Under the pieces are notes generated by a model. The model was not told the DNA's origin and did not search any database. It saw only the letters and a program-made list of their open reading frames with translations. A DNA stretch of 32,000 bases from Pseudoalteromonas tetraodonis (GTDB taxonomy: Bacteria; Pseudomonadota; Gammaproteobacteria; Enterobacterales; Alteromonadaceae), in NCBI RefSeq assembly GCF_002310835.1, contig NZ_CP011041.1:2280001-2312000 (forward strand). Direction: 5' to 3'. How positions within the stretch are numbered: the stretch's first letter is position 1; the number at the start of each line of letters is the position of its first letter. The position numbers were made by a program, and so were the translations under genes. This document shows positions 9,505-18,971 of the stretch, in pieces.

Positions 9505-11269
9505 CCCCCGACCTAATCGCGCGCAGCAACAGTCTCTGCGCGCTTTTTTAAAGCAGCAAAGTAAGCCGGCAGCAATGTGGTTAAAGCTAAGCATTGCCCT
9601 AGGTACAGTTAATGCGATTTTAATGATTGCAGGCGCTTATTTACTTGCACAAACCATTCATGATGTGATGTTTGAAGGGCGTAATTTAGCCCAAGTAACC
9701 CACTTTTTATGGCCTTTAGCGGGTATTATTTTACTGCGCGCCATTTTTTTAGCGTTAAGTGAGCGCTTAAGCGCATTTGCAGCGCTTAAAATCAAATCGG
9801 CTATTCGCCAAACTTTACTCGATAAACTCACGCTACTTGGGCCAAGTTATATAGAGCAACACGGCCAAGGCGCTACGCTCAACACGCTGCACAATGGTGT
9901 AGAAGCACTGCATGACTACTATGCAAAGTACTTACCAGGGGTTGCCTATAGTGCGCTTATTCCTCTGGCAATATTAGTGGTTATATTTCCGACCGATTAT
10001 AAAGCGGGACTGATATTTTTATTAACCGCACCACTTATTCCGTTTTTTATGATTCTAGTTGGTCATAAGGCAGAAGCGCTTAACCAAAAGCGCTGGCAAC
10101 AACTGGCGGTATTAGGCAACTACTTTTTTGACCGCATACAAGGGCTTACCCAACTAAAATTGTTTAATGCTACGCGCAAAGAGCTAAAGCAAATAGCCCA
10201 AATTTCAGATGATTTTAGGCATGCAACGCTAAGCGTGTTAAAAATTGCTTTTTTATCTTCTTTTGCACTGGAGTTTTTAGCCACAATTAGTGTGGCACTG
10301 GTAGCGGTTATTATTGGTTTTAGATTATTTTTTGGCACGCTCGATTTTGCAACCGGCTTTGTAGTATTGCTGCTAGCGCCTGAATTTTACTTACCGCTTC
10401 GCCAATTAGGCAGCCATTATCATGCGCGCTTACAAGGAATTAGTGCTGCTGCAGATATGCTAATCATTTTAAATGCACCACTGCCATCAAAAAATAATAA
10501 CCACACAGCTCATATAAACATGGAGGGTAACAGCACTATCAGCGTCCATGATCTCAATTTTAGTTACCCTAATAGCAATGAGGGAATTAATAATATTAAT
10601 TTAACCCTGCCAAGCACAGGACTAGTAGCCATTGTGGGAGCTAGCGGCTCAGGTAAGAGCACCCTACTTGATTGCATGCTTGGTTTTCACCCAGAAGTAA
10701 TACAACACATATCCATTGACCAACAACCATTGACGACAGCCGATATAAGCCAATTACAACAAAACATTGCCTGGATCCCACAAAAGCCAACCTTATTTTA
10801 CGACACCATTGGCGCTAATATAAAGCTAGGTAACCCAGGCGTTTCAAATGCAGCACTTGAGCAGGCGGCGCAGCAAGCTGGTGCGCTGGAATTTATTAAC
10901 GACTTACCTGATGGGTTTAACACATTAATAGGTGAACAAGGCGAAGGGCTCTCTGGAGGACAAAAGCAGCGTATTGCTTTAGCTCGTGCATTTTTAAAAA
11001 ACGCCCCTATTTTAATGCTTGATGAGCCAACCGCTCATTTAGACAGTCAAACTGAACAGCTCATTCAAAACGCTATTGCTGAGTATGCAAAAGAACACTT
11101 AGTGATCACCATAGCGCACCGCTTAAATACAGTAAGAAATGCCAAACAACTTATCGTTATGGAAAACGGTGCCATCGCTCAGCAAGGCGACTTTATAACG
11201 CTCAGCCAGCAAGCTGGCGAATTTGCAAAGCTGCTGCAAACAGCGCAACATGGAGCGACTAATGACTAA
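9494..11269 (+). CDS. cydD: Cysteine/glutathione ABC exporter subunit CydD (bd oxidase assembly)
   Basis: 591-aa ORF with a six-TM domain followed by an NBD. The NBD shows Walker A GASGSGKST, signature LSGGQKQR and Walker B LMLDEPT. The start overlaps cydX by 11 nt. Confidence 0.9.
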   Translation: MTTNPRPNRAQQQSLRAFLKQQSKPAAMWLKLSIALGTVNAILMIAGAYLLAQTIHDVMFEGRNLAQVTHFLWPLAGIILLRAIFLALSERLSAFAALKIKSAIRQTLLDKLTLLGPSYIEQHGQGATLNTLHNGVEALHDYYAKYLPGVAYSALIPLAILVVIFPTDYKAGLIFLLTAPLIPFFMILVGHKAEALNQKRWQQLAVLGNYFFDRIQGLTQLKLFNATRKELKQIAQISDDFRHATLSVLKIAFLSSFALEFLATISVALVAVIIGFRLFFGTLDFATGFVVLLLAPEFYLPLRQLGSHYHARLQGISAAADMLIILNAPLPSKNNNHTAHINMEGNSTISVHDLNFSYPNSNEGINNINLTLPSTGLVAIVGASGSGKSTLLDCMLGFHPEVIQHISIDQQPLTTADISQLQQNIAWIPQKPTLFYDTIGANIKLGNPGVSNAALEQAAQQAGALEFINDLPDGFNTLIGEQGEGLSGGQKQRIALARAFLKNAPILMLDEPTAHLDSQTEQLIQNAIAEYAKEHLVITIAHRLNTVRNAKQLIVMENGAIAQQGDFITLSQQAGEFAKLLQTAQHGATND

Positions 11270-12998
11270 CTTTATTCGTTTACTTAAATTGTGCCGCCCT
11301 CATTATAAAGCGATGCTTTTAGGGACGTTTCTAGCGTCACTCACGGTGCTAGCTAATGTAGGCTTACTCGCTATTTCCGGCTGGTTTTTAGCTTCTATGG
11401 CTGCCGCAGGAATTGCGGGCGTCCATATGAACTACTTTACCCCAGCTGGCACCATTCGTTTTTTGGCGATTGTGCGCACCGCTTCACGTTACGCTGAACG
11501 CTTAGTTACTCACAACGCCACATTTTTATTGTTAAGTGAAATACGAGTAAATATGTTCGCCACACTCAGTAAACTTAATAATCTTGATTTGGCTATGAGC
11601 CGCAGTGCCGATTTAGTTAACCGCTTACAAAATGATGTAGACGCACTAGATAAATTTTATTTAAATGTGTTGCTGCCGATGTTAGTTGCTCTACTAACAG
11701 TGCCTATTATTATGCTGTTTATGTCTGCTTACAGCCCAAGTGTAGCCTTAATTTGCTTTACGGGCATCGTTGTTATTGGGGTGGTTATACCCGCTATATT
11801 GAGCAGACAATTAGATAAAAACAGCCACCAAGAAACATTACTCAGCGCCCAATTAAGAGCTGAGCTATCTGATACCTTAACGGGTCTTAGAGAACTAAAT
11901 ATTTATCAAGCTCGAAACCAACAACTCACTAAGTGTGATCAGTTAAGTAAGCAGTATAATCAGCAATTATTTATTCGTCATAAGGCTCTTGGCAATGCTG
12001 ATGGTTTGAGCTTACTTATAGTGCAACTGGCTATGATCGCCAGCATTGTCACTATTGTGCCGCTGGTGTTTAGCGCCGAGATGGTAAATGTTGAATTGGC
12101 GATGTTGAGTTTGTTTGTACTGGCCAGTTTTGAAAGTGTATTGTTACTACCCAACGCGTTTATTGAACTACCTAATGTATTAAAAGCAGCTGAGCGACTA
12201 TTTACCCTTGAAGATAAAGTACTGAAGAAAAACGAGGTACCTTCACAAGTTATTGATTCAAAAAATAAAAAATGGACACTTTCGCTAGATAAAATTAGCT
12301 ACCACTATGGCCAAAAGCAGGCATTAAATAATGTGAGTTTTGAGCTACCTGCAAAGCATAAAGTGGCGATTGTTGGACGAAGCGGCAGTGGTAAAACAAC
12401 CTTAGTGAATTTACTCAGCGGTTTATGGCCTCTGCAACAAGGTGCAATTAGCTTACAAAACGAAAAAGAAACAATAAACCTGCATAATTTAAATAATGAA
12501 AGCCGTGCAAAAACATTAAATATTTTAGCCCAGCAGCATCATATTTTTGATGGTACATTAAGCGATAATCTTGCCTATGCGGCACCTGATGCAACACCGC
12601 AACAAATGACAGCGGCGTTAAAACAAGCCGAGCTGGGTGACTGGTTTAGCGCGCTAAAAGAAGGCTTAAATACTCGTTTAGGCACAGGGGGACGCAGTGT
12701 CTCTCAAGGCCAGTCAAGACGCATTGCCTTGGCACAAGCGCTGCTGCAACAACCCGCCATTGTAGTGCTCGATGAACCCACTGAAGGGCTCGATAATATT
12801 TCTAAACAAGCCGTAATGAACAGTATTTTACAGCTAAAAGAGCATGCTAGTGTATTAACAATTACTCATGATCCAGCGTTGTTATCGCAAATGGATAGTG
12901 TCATCTGGTTAGACAGTGGACAAATCATCGCTCAAGGTTCACATCAACAATTGCTCAATGAACACCCTGACTATGTGGCGTTAACGACCCGCTTTTAG
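11262..12998 (+). CDS. cydC: Cysteine/glutathione ABC exporter subunit CydC
   Basis: The track ORF opens at TTG 11223. I prefer ATG 11262, which overlaps the cydD stop within ATGACTAA, because [19 protein letters not shown] aligns with the E. coli CydC N-terminus. ATG 11250 is an alternative. It has Walker [10 protein letters not shown], Walker [12 protein letters not shown] and an atypical signature VSQGQ. Confidence 0.88.
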   Translation: MTNFIRLLKLCRPHYKAMLLGTFLASLTVLANVGLLAISGWFLASMAAAGIAGVHMNYFTPAGTIRFLAIVRTASRYAERLVTHNATFLLLSEIRVNMFATLSKLNNLDLAMSRSADLVNRLQNDVDALDKFYLNVLLPMLVALLTVPIIMLFMSAYSPSVALICFTGIVVIGVVIPAILSRQLDKNSHQETLLSAQLRAELSDTLTGLRELNIYQARNQQLTKCDQLSKQYNQQLFIRHKALGNADGLSLLIVQLAMIASIVTIVPLVFSAEMVNVELAMLSLFVLASFESVLLLPNAFIELPNVLKAAERLFTLEDKVLKKNEVPSQVIDSKNKKWTLSLDKISYHYGQKQALNNVSFELPAKHKVAIVGRSGSGKTTLVNLLSGLWPLQQGAISLQNEKETINLHNLNNESRAKTLNILAQQHHIFDGTLSDNLAYAAPDATPQQMTAALKQAELGDWFSALKEGLNTRLGTGGRSVSQGQSRRIALAQALLQQPAIVVLDEPTEGLDNISKQAVMNSILQLKEHASVLTITHDPALLSQMDSVIWLDSGQIIAQGSHQQLLNEHPDYVALTTRF

Positions 12999-13402
12999 TC
13001 CTTAGCAGTATTACTTTTATCAATAACGGTGACCGTTACATCAATAACGCCGACTTTAGGGTCGGCTATTTTTTTAAACATCGCCTTAGATAAATCAATA
13101 ATTCGACCCCGAATATAAGGCCCCCTGTCATTAATTCTGACCACTACAGACTTATTATTAGCAATATTGGTAACTTTCACTTTTGTACCAAATGGGAGTC
13201 TTAGGTGCGCAGCCGTTGCCGCCTGTTGGCTAAAACGTTCGCCATTAGCCGTGGTTCTGCCATGATATTTGTCTGCATAGAATGATGCTTTACCTCGCTC
13301 TGACATATCACTTTGTTGATTAATTATTTGCCTTGGCGCAGTACTACAAGCAGTTAACATAACCAATAGCATTGAAAGCAATACTAACTTTATCCGTTTC
13401 AT
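12995..13402 (-). CDS. RlpA-family (DPBB domain) lipoprotein lacking a SPOR domain
   Basis: The track ORF extends to 13489. I place the start at ATG 13402, giving [19 protein letters not shown], a signal peptide with the lipobox LTAC. The DPBB core is [17 protein letters not shown]...[38 protein letters not shown]. The RBS is weak. Confidence 0.82.
   Translation of the reverse strand: MKRIKLVLLSMLLVMLTACSTAPRQIINQQSDMSERGKASFYADKYHGRTTANGERFSQQAATAAHLRLPFGTKVKVTNIANNKSVVVRINDRGPYIRGRIIDLSKAMFKKIADPKVGVIDVTVTVIDKSNTAKD
13049..13075 (+). terminator. Candidate intrinsic terminator of the cyd operon, embedded in the convergent rlpA-like CDS
   Basis: GCCGAC (13049-13054) pairs with GTCGGC (13061-13066) around a 6-nt loop. 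TATTTTTTT (13067-13075) follows. It lies about 50 nt past the cydC stop. Confidence 0.5.
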
Positions 13403-13524
13403 TATTAATACTTTATAGGAAAATGTGTAGGGAGTGTAATAAGGTAAGCCTGAGTAGAGACTGAATTTAATAAACATAGCAACATGCACTTCATGGCTGA
13501 GTTATTAATCAAATATCAGCTAAT

Positions 13525-13560
13525 AAAAAACCACCTTGATTACTCAAAGGTGGTTTTTTT
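13525..13560. terminator. Bidirectional rho-independent terminator downstream of lpxA
   Basis: CCACCTT (13531-13537) pairs with AAGGTGG (13547-13553). An A6 run lies upstream and a T7 run downstream, so it works on both strands. It sits 20 nt past the lpxA stop on the minus strand. Confidence 0.8.
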
Positions 13561-13580
13561 ATAAATTAAAATGCTCTTTA

Positions 13581-14351
13581 TTAACGCACGATACCGCGCT
13601 CTGAGCTTTTAACAAAATCAATCATCAGCTGCACAGCAGGGTATTTTTCAGCGTCTTCTGAAAGCGATTCTATCGCTTCATCAACGCCTAGGCTCTTGCG
13701 ATAAAACGCTTTGTACGCGCGGCGTACTGCCATTATCTCATCACTTTCAAAACCACGGCGTTTCATACCTTCGGTATTGATTGCTGCAGGGCCTGCTGGC
13801 ATCCCAATGGTGGTAACAAAAGGAGGTACGTCTTTATTTACACCAGAATACATACCAACAAATGCATGAGCACCAATTTTACAAAATTGATGCACACCTG
13901 AGTTACCCGCTAAAATAACCCAATCACCAACATGAACGTGACCTGCTACACTGGCATTATTTGCAAAAATAACGTTATCGCCAATCACCGCATCGTGTGC
14001 AACATGAGTGTAAGCCATAAATAAGTTATTGCTACCTATTTTGGTAACACCTTCATCTTGGATTGTACCGCGATGAATAGTCGCACATTCACGAATAACA
14101 TTATTGTCGCCAATAATTAAGCTTGTTGGTTCGTTGTTATATTTTTTGTCTTGGCAGGCTTCGCCCACAGAAGCAAACTGAAAAATATGGTTACCAGAGC
14201 CAATAGTAGCAGGCCCTTTAACAACAACGTGAGACTCAATAATACAGTCATCACCAATAACAACATCATTACCGATGTAACTGTATGGTCCAACTGACAC
14301 ATTGTTACCAAGTTTTGCACCCGGTTCGATTATTGCCGTAGCATGGATCAC
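13581..14351 (-). CDS. lpxA: UDP-N-acetylglucosamine O-acyltransferase
   Basis: 256-aa ORF with a GTG start. It is a left-handed beta-helix of hexapeptide repeats and shows the LpxA C-terminal helical domain (RRAYKAFYR). It lies 2 nt after fabZ. Confidence 0.96.
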   Translation of the reverse strand: MIHATAIIEPGAKLGNNVSVGPYSYIGNDVVIGDDCIIESHVVVKGPATIGSGNHIFQFASVGEACQDKKYNNEPTSLIIGDNNVIRECATIHRGTIQDEGVTKIGSNNLFMAYTHVAHDAVIGDNVIFANNASVAGHVHVGDWVILAGNSGVHQFCKIGAHAFVGMYSGVNKDVPPFVTTIGMPAGPAAINTEGMKRRGFESDEIMAVRRAYKAFYRKSLGVDEAIESLSEDAEKYPAVQLMIDFVKSSERGIVR

Positions 14352-14353
14352 AA

Positions 14354-14830
14354 TTAAAACTCTCTTCTAGCACACATGATTTCGGCGCTACACACTGTTT
14401 TGCCGTCAACTTTAGCTTCAGCCGCAAATTTCCATATGTTACGACGCTCTTTTAAAAACTTAACATGAAGATGCATGGTATCACCTGGCACAACCGGCTG
14501 CTTAAAACGAGCATTGTCTACGGCTGCAAATAGATAAAGTTCGTTTTCACTACGATTTTCAACCGTTTTAAACCCTAATAGGCCAGTTGCTTGTGCCATT
14601 GACTCTAATATTAGCACACCAGGAAAAATCGGCTGGTTTGGGAAATGGCCGGTGAAAATGGGTTCATTAATCGATACATTTTTAATTGCATGTAACGATT
14701 CACCAGGGGTGAAATCTATAACGCGATCAATCAGTAGCATCGGGTAACGGTGCGGTAATAAACTTAAAATTTCTTGAATATCAAGGCTATTTAATTCGTT
14801 TGCCAAAATAGCATCCTTATTAGTGTTCAA
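14354..14830 (-). CDS. fabZ: 3-hydroxyacyl-ACP dehydratase
   Basis: 158-aa ORF with a TTG start; E. coli fabZ also uses TTG. Motifs [14 protein letters not shown] and [19 protein letters not shown] are present. Confidence 0.95.
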   Translation of the reverse strand: MNTNKDAILANELNSLDIQEILSLLPHRYPMLLIDRVIDFTPGESLHAIKNVSINEPIFTGHFPNQPIFPGVLILESMAQATGLLGFKTVENRSENELYLFAAVDNARFKQPVVPGDTMHLHVKFLKERRNIWKFAAEAKVDGKTVCSAEIMCARREF

Positions 14831-14833
14831 CGT

Positions 14834-15856
14834 TCATGACTTATTCAATGCTTCAAGCGCTTTTAGACGTGACTTCATGTCTGAAAGGTTACGCAAATGA
14901 GCAATTGACTTTCGCCATTCTTTGTTAGTCGTATGAGGCATACCGGATGAGTAAATACCCGGTTCGGTGATTGATTTAGTCACCATACTCATACCAGTAA
15001 TTATAACACCATCACATACAGACATGTGACCGTTAATTGCGGTCATGCCGCCAATCTGGCAATTTTTACCTATGCTGACACTGCCTGCAAGTACAGTACA
15101 ACCGGCAATTGCAGTGCCTGACTGAACTTCAACGTTGTGTGCTATTTGACACTGATTATCAATAATAACGTTACTGTGAATAATAGTATCATCGAGTGCA
15201 CCACGATCTATGGTGGTGCTTGCACCAATTTCGACTTTATCGCCAATGATCACTGAGCCTAGTTGTGGAATTTTAAGCCACTGACCACGTTCATTCGCAT
15301 AACCAAAACCGTCGCTGCCAATAACAGTATTCGCTTGAAATAAACAGTCTGCGCCAATCTCAACATCATGATAAACGCTCACACTTGACCATAGTTTGGT
15401 GCCTGAGCCTATTTTAACACGTTCACCAATAAAACTGTTCGGACCAATTTGTACGTTATCGCCAATCACAGCGTCAGCTTCAATTACAACATTCGCGCCT
15501 ATGGCTGCGCTTTTACTGACTTGCGCACTGGCATGTATAACCGCACTTGGGTGTATACCACTAATGGCACTACGTGGCGTGGTATCCATTAACTGAGCGA
15601 GTTTGGCGTAATTCACATACGGATTGGCGACGATGATTTTGTTGCCTGAAAAATAAGGCGCATCCTCAGGACTCAGTATCACAGCACTGGCTTGTGTTGT
15701 TTCAAGCTGAGAGCGATATTTCTTGTTCGCTAAAAATGCAATATGCCCAGTCTGGGCATTTGCAAGTGTTGCTATTTTTTTAATTTCTAAAGCGCCATCA
15801 CCTTGTAGCTCGGCGCTTAGAAGTTCCGCAATTTGCGAAAGCGTATAATTTTGCAT
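14834..15856 (-). CDS. lpxD: UDP-3-O-acylglucosamine N-acyltransferase
   Basis: 340-aa ORF colinear with E. coli LpxD, including QTGHIAFLANKKYR and a hexapeptide-repeat core. Synteny skp-lpxD-fabZ supports it. Confidence 0.96.
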   Translation of the reverse strand: MQNYTLSQIAELLSAELQGDGALEIKKIATLANAQTGHIAFLANKKYRSQLETTQASAVILSPEDAPYFSGNKIIVANPYVNYAKLAQLMDTTPRSAISGIHPSAVIHASAQVSKSAAIGANVVIEADAVIGDNVQIGPNSFIGERVKIGSGTKLWSSVSVYHDVEIGADCLFQANTVIGSDGFGYANERGQWLKIPQLGSVIIGDKVEIGASTTIDRGALDDTIIHSNVIIDNQCQIAHNVEVQSGTAIAGCTVLAGSVSIGKNCQIGGMTAINGHMSVCDGVIITGMSMVTKSITEPGIYSSGMPHTTNKEWRKSIAHLRNLSDMKSRLKALEALNKS

Positions 15857-15863
15857 AGATTAA

Positions 15864-16382
15864 TTATTTCTTACTTACAGCGTCTACAACTTTTTCAGAA
15901 AGATCAGTTACTTCTTTAGGGTTAAAGTAAATTGTTGTGTCTTTTACTTTAACTTCGTCGAAGTCGCCTTTTTTAGCAATCTCTTGGATTGTTTCAATGA
16001 TTAGAGTCTGAACTTTAGCCAACTCTTGATTTTGGCGTGATTTAATTTCTTGCTCTAGAGGACGACCTTTTTCAGCAAGATTTTTTTGCATACCTTGAAT
16101 TTTATCACGTAATGCGTCTTTTTGGTCTTGACTCATTGTAGTGCTTTCACGCTTAAACTTTTCAGCTTCAAAGCGAATGTCACCTTGTAACTTTTCAAGC
16201 TCTTGACGACGCTCTGCAAACTCAGTTTGCAGAGACTGTTCAATTTTAGCCATTTGTGGAAGCTGCTTGTAGATTTCTTGCATATCTACAATACCCACTT
16301 TATGAGCAAAAGCGTTAACTGATGTACCCATCATAAGTGTAGCTAAAACGGCAACTGCTGTTGATTTGAATAATTTTTTCAC
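15864..16382 (-). CDS. skp: Periplasmic chaperone Skp (OmpH)
   Basis: 172-aa ORF with signal peptide MKKLFKSTAVAVLATLMMGTSVNAFA. The body is coiled-coil and rich in K, E and Q. It sits in the conserved slot between bamA and lpxD. Confidence 0.92.
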   Translation of the reverse strand: MKKLFKSTAVAVLATLMMGTSVNAFAHKVGIVDMQEIYKQLPQMAKIEQSLQTEFAERRQELEKLQGDIRFEAEKFKRESTTMSQDQKDALRDKIQGMQKNLAEKGRPLEQEIKSRQNQELAKVQTLIIETIQEIAKKGDFDEVKVKDTTIYFNPKEVTDLSEKVVDAVSKK

Positions 16383-16393
16383 AATAAACTCCT

Positions 16394-18865
16394 TTAGAAA
16401 GTGTTACTAATATTAAAACTGATGGTCTTGGTATCGTCATCTTCTTCTTTTTGCAACGGATACGCAAAGCTGATCAGCATCGGACCCATAGGTGAGATCC
16501 ACTGTAATGATAAACCGGTTGCAACCCTAAAGCGCATTGGGTCTGAGTAGTCATCTAATTTTGCACGCTCATCAATCCCTAAGTTTTGATAGCGATCAAC
16601 ACTGAATTCGGTATCCCATACGTTGGCAGCGTCAACAAAGAAACTCGTTCGCACTGAACTAGTATTTTCTTCATCTAAGAATGGAGTAGGTACAATAAGC
16701 TCCATACCTGCCACTGCTTTAGCATTACCACCAATACGACCTTGTGGTATTAGCACGTCAAACTCTGACGCCCCACCAATGTTGCCTGTGGTTGTGCCAT
16801 CACCTGATGGCGTACCTGGTATTGATTGCGGTATACGCGAAACAGCACGCGGTAAAATGGTATTTCTATCAAAGCCACGTAATTCCATTTCAGTGATACG
16901 GAAGTATTCTTGGAACGGTAAAGTTTGATCATAGCCATTGGTAGAGCCATAACCATTACCATAACCTAATGCAGCACGCGTTGAGAAAACCCAACGATGA
17001 TCGTTAGAAATCGGCCAGTAAAAACGCGAGTCATAATTTAATTTAAAGTACTGTAAATCAGAGTTTGGCGTTGTGGCTGTTAAGTTTAATGTTTGTCGTG
17101 AACCTGCCGTTGGGAATAAACCACGGTTAACTGTAACTCGTGACCAACCAACACTTAGCTCGTACTTTGTAAATTCAAAGCCCGCATCTGGATTTTCTGG
17201 ATCTAAGAAGGTTTCACGTAGTACACGTGTTTGCTCATATTCAGCAATATCTGACAATTGTTCTTCTATCCAACGTGCGCCAAAATTAATACGGTTAATG
17301 GCATCAATTGGGAAACCAATGTTTGTCCCTAACCCATAACTTTTTGACTTATAGTCAATCAAGCTAAACTGACTGGCATCGTAGTTACTGTAAAAAATAC
17401 TGCTGCCCTGCGATACGCCATCCGGCGTAAAGTAAGGGTCGGTATACGATACACTGACACGCTCAGAGCCGCGTGAAGTATTAATATTAAAGCCAATTTG
17501 GTTACCTGTGCCTAAAAAGTTAGACTCGGTTACACCAATATTAAACTGCAGACCTAAGTATGAGCCATAGGCAAGACCCGCATTAAAGCTGCCCGCTGAT
17601 TGCTCTTTAACAGTAAAGTCAACGTCCACTTGGTCATCAACACCTGGAACTGGCACTACATTAAAATCAACGGTTTCCATATAAGGTAAACGTTGAATTT
17701 GTAGTTTAGAACGCTCTAGGTTTTGGTTAGATAACCATGCACCTTCAAGCTGTGTCATTTCACGGCGCAGTACTTCATCAGCCGTGTTTTGGTTACCACC
17801 TACAATAATTCGACGAACATACACACGCTTGCCTGGGTCAACCGACAGAGTCAATTGTACTTCTTGGTTCTCGTCATCAATTTCTGGAATCGTACGTACT
17901 TCAGCATTGGCGTAACCAAAACGCGCCAAGTAGCTTTTGATAAATTCTTCTGATGAGGTAACCACTGATCCGTTATAAAGCTCGCCTGTGCGCAGTGGAA
18001 TAACACTTTTTATTAATTCTTCACGACCAAGTAAATCACCGATGAAATCAAAGCCTTTCACTTTGTATTTAACGCCTTCGGTAATATTTGCCGTTACATA
18101 AACAGACTCACGTTCAGGGCTAACTGATACTTGAGTTGAGTCAATATTAAAGCGTAAATAGCCACGGTCTAAATAAAAGCTGCGAATTTTTTCTAAATCG
18201 CCTTCAATGGTTTGTTTTTGATAGCGGTCGCTACCCATAAACTGCCACCATGGTAAGTCTTGCTGCGACTCAACTAGTTGCAATAACTCTTCGTTTGAGA
18301 AAAGCTCATTACCCACTAAGTTAATTTGACGAATGGAGGCTGCATCGCCCTCGTCAAACTCAAGTCTTAATTTAACCCGATTACGTGGTAATTTAGTGAC
18401 ACTGATATCCACTTTTGCATTGTATTTACCAATACTGTGAAAAAATTCAATCAGGCCTTTTTCGATATTATCGATTACCGTTTTATCAAGCGGCTCGCCT
18501 TGGCGAATATCTTGTTGATCGAGTGACTGATTTAACTGCTCATCTTTTATGTCTTTATTGCCTTCAAATTCAATAAAGCTAATGGTTGGACGCTCAGTTA
18601 CTTTAAAAATAACGTTATTACCATCACGTAACGCTTTTATATTGTCAAAGTGACCAGAGCGATAAAGTGACTTAATTGTTTTTGAAATTGTATATTCATC
18701 AACATTGTCGCCCACGTTAATAGGAATATGCGTTAATGCAGCACCAAGTGCGACACGTTGCAATCCCTCAACTTTTAAATCTTCAACAATAAAGGAGTTT
18801 TGGCCTAGGGCTGCAAAGCTTGCACCCAATAAACTTGAAACTACCAAATGTTTTTTTATAGCCAT
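16394..18865 (-). CDS. bamA: Outer membrane protein assembly factor BamA
   Basis: The track ORF extends to 18907. I use ATG 18865, which gives signal peptide MAIKKHLVVSSLLGASFAALG and follows the RBS AAGGA. It has five POTRA repeats and a C-terminal 16-strand barrel ending in the aromatic residue F. Confidence 0.95.
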   Translation of the reverse strand: MAIKKHLVVSSLLGASFAALGQNSFIVEDLKVEGLQRVALGAALTHIPINVGDNVDEYTISKTIKSLYRSGHFDNIKALRDGNNVIFKVTERPTISFIEFEGNKDIKDEQLNQSLDQQDIRQGEPLDKTVIDNIEKGLIEFFHSIGKYNAKVDISVTKLPRNRVKLRLEFDEGDAASIRQINLVGNELFSNEELLQLVESQQDLPWWQFMGSDRYQKQTIEGDLEKIRSFYLDRGYLRFNIDSTQVSVSPERESVYVTANITEGVKYKVKGFDFIGDLLGREELIKSVIPLRTGELYNGSVVTSSEEFIKSYLARFGYANAEVRTIPEIDDENQEVQLTLSVDPGKRVYVRRIIVGGNQNTADEVLRREMTQLEGAWLSNQNLERSKLQIQRLPYMETVDFNVVPVPGVDDQVDVDFTVKEQSAGSFNAGLAYGSYLGLQFNIGVTESNFLGTGNQIGFNINTSRGSERVSVSYTDPYFTPDGVSQGSSIFYSNYDASQFSLIDYKSKSYGLGTNIGFPIDAINRINFGARWIEEQLSDIAEYEQTRVLRETFLDPENPDAGFEFTKYELSVGWSRVTVNRGLFPTAGSRQTLNLTATTPNSDLQYFKLNYDSRFYWPISNDHRWVFSTRAALGYGNGYGSTNGYDQTLPFQEYFRITEMELRGFDRNTILPRAVSRIPQSIPGTPSGDGTTTGNIGGASEFDVLIPQGRIGGNAKAVAGMELIVPTPFLDEENTSSVRTSFFVDAANVWDTEFSVDRYQNLGIDERAKLDDYSDPMRFRVATGLSLQWISPMGPMLISFAYPLQKEEDDDTKTISFNISNTF

Positions 18866-18971
18866 TTTATTATCTTTATCCTTTACAACTGTATTACCGC
18901 TTAGCATCGAAAATTAAATATTTAAGAGCTTTACAATCGTGTTCTAATTTGTCGTTACCACGCTTACATAA

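Noticed and set aside
9338-9529. 63-aa minus-strand ORF in the track between cydB and cydD
   Set aside because: It is exactly antisense to the CydX coding sequence and the cydD start. It has no RBS and no recognisable family. The plus strand here carries an unmistakable MWYFAWILG CydX peptide.
6316-13580. Hypothesis that the cyd/rlpA-like block is a mobile genomic island or hides a defence or other accessory system
   Set aside because: Every ORF in the block has a clear respiratory or cell-envelope identity. There are no integrase, transposase, tRNA or att-like repeats, and no hypothetical genes. Composition appears similar to the flanking core genes.
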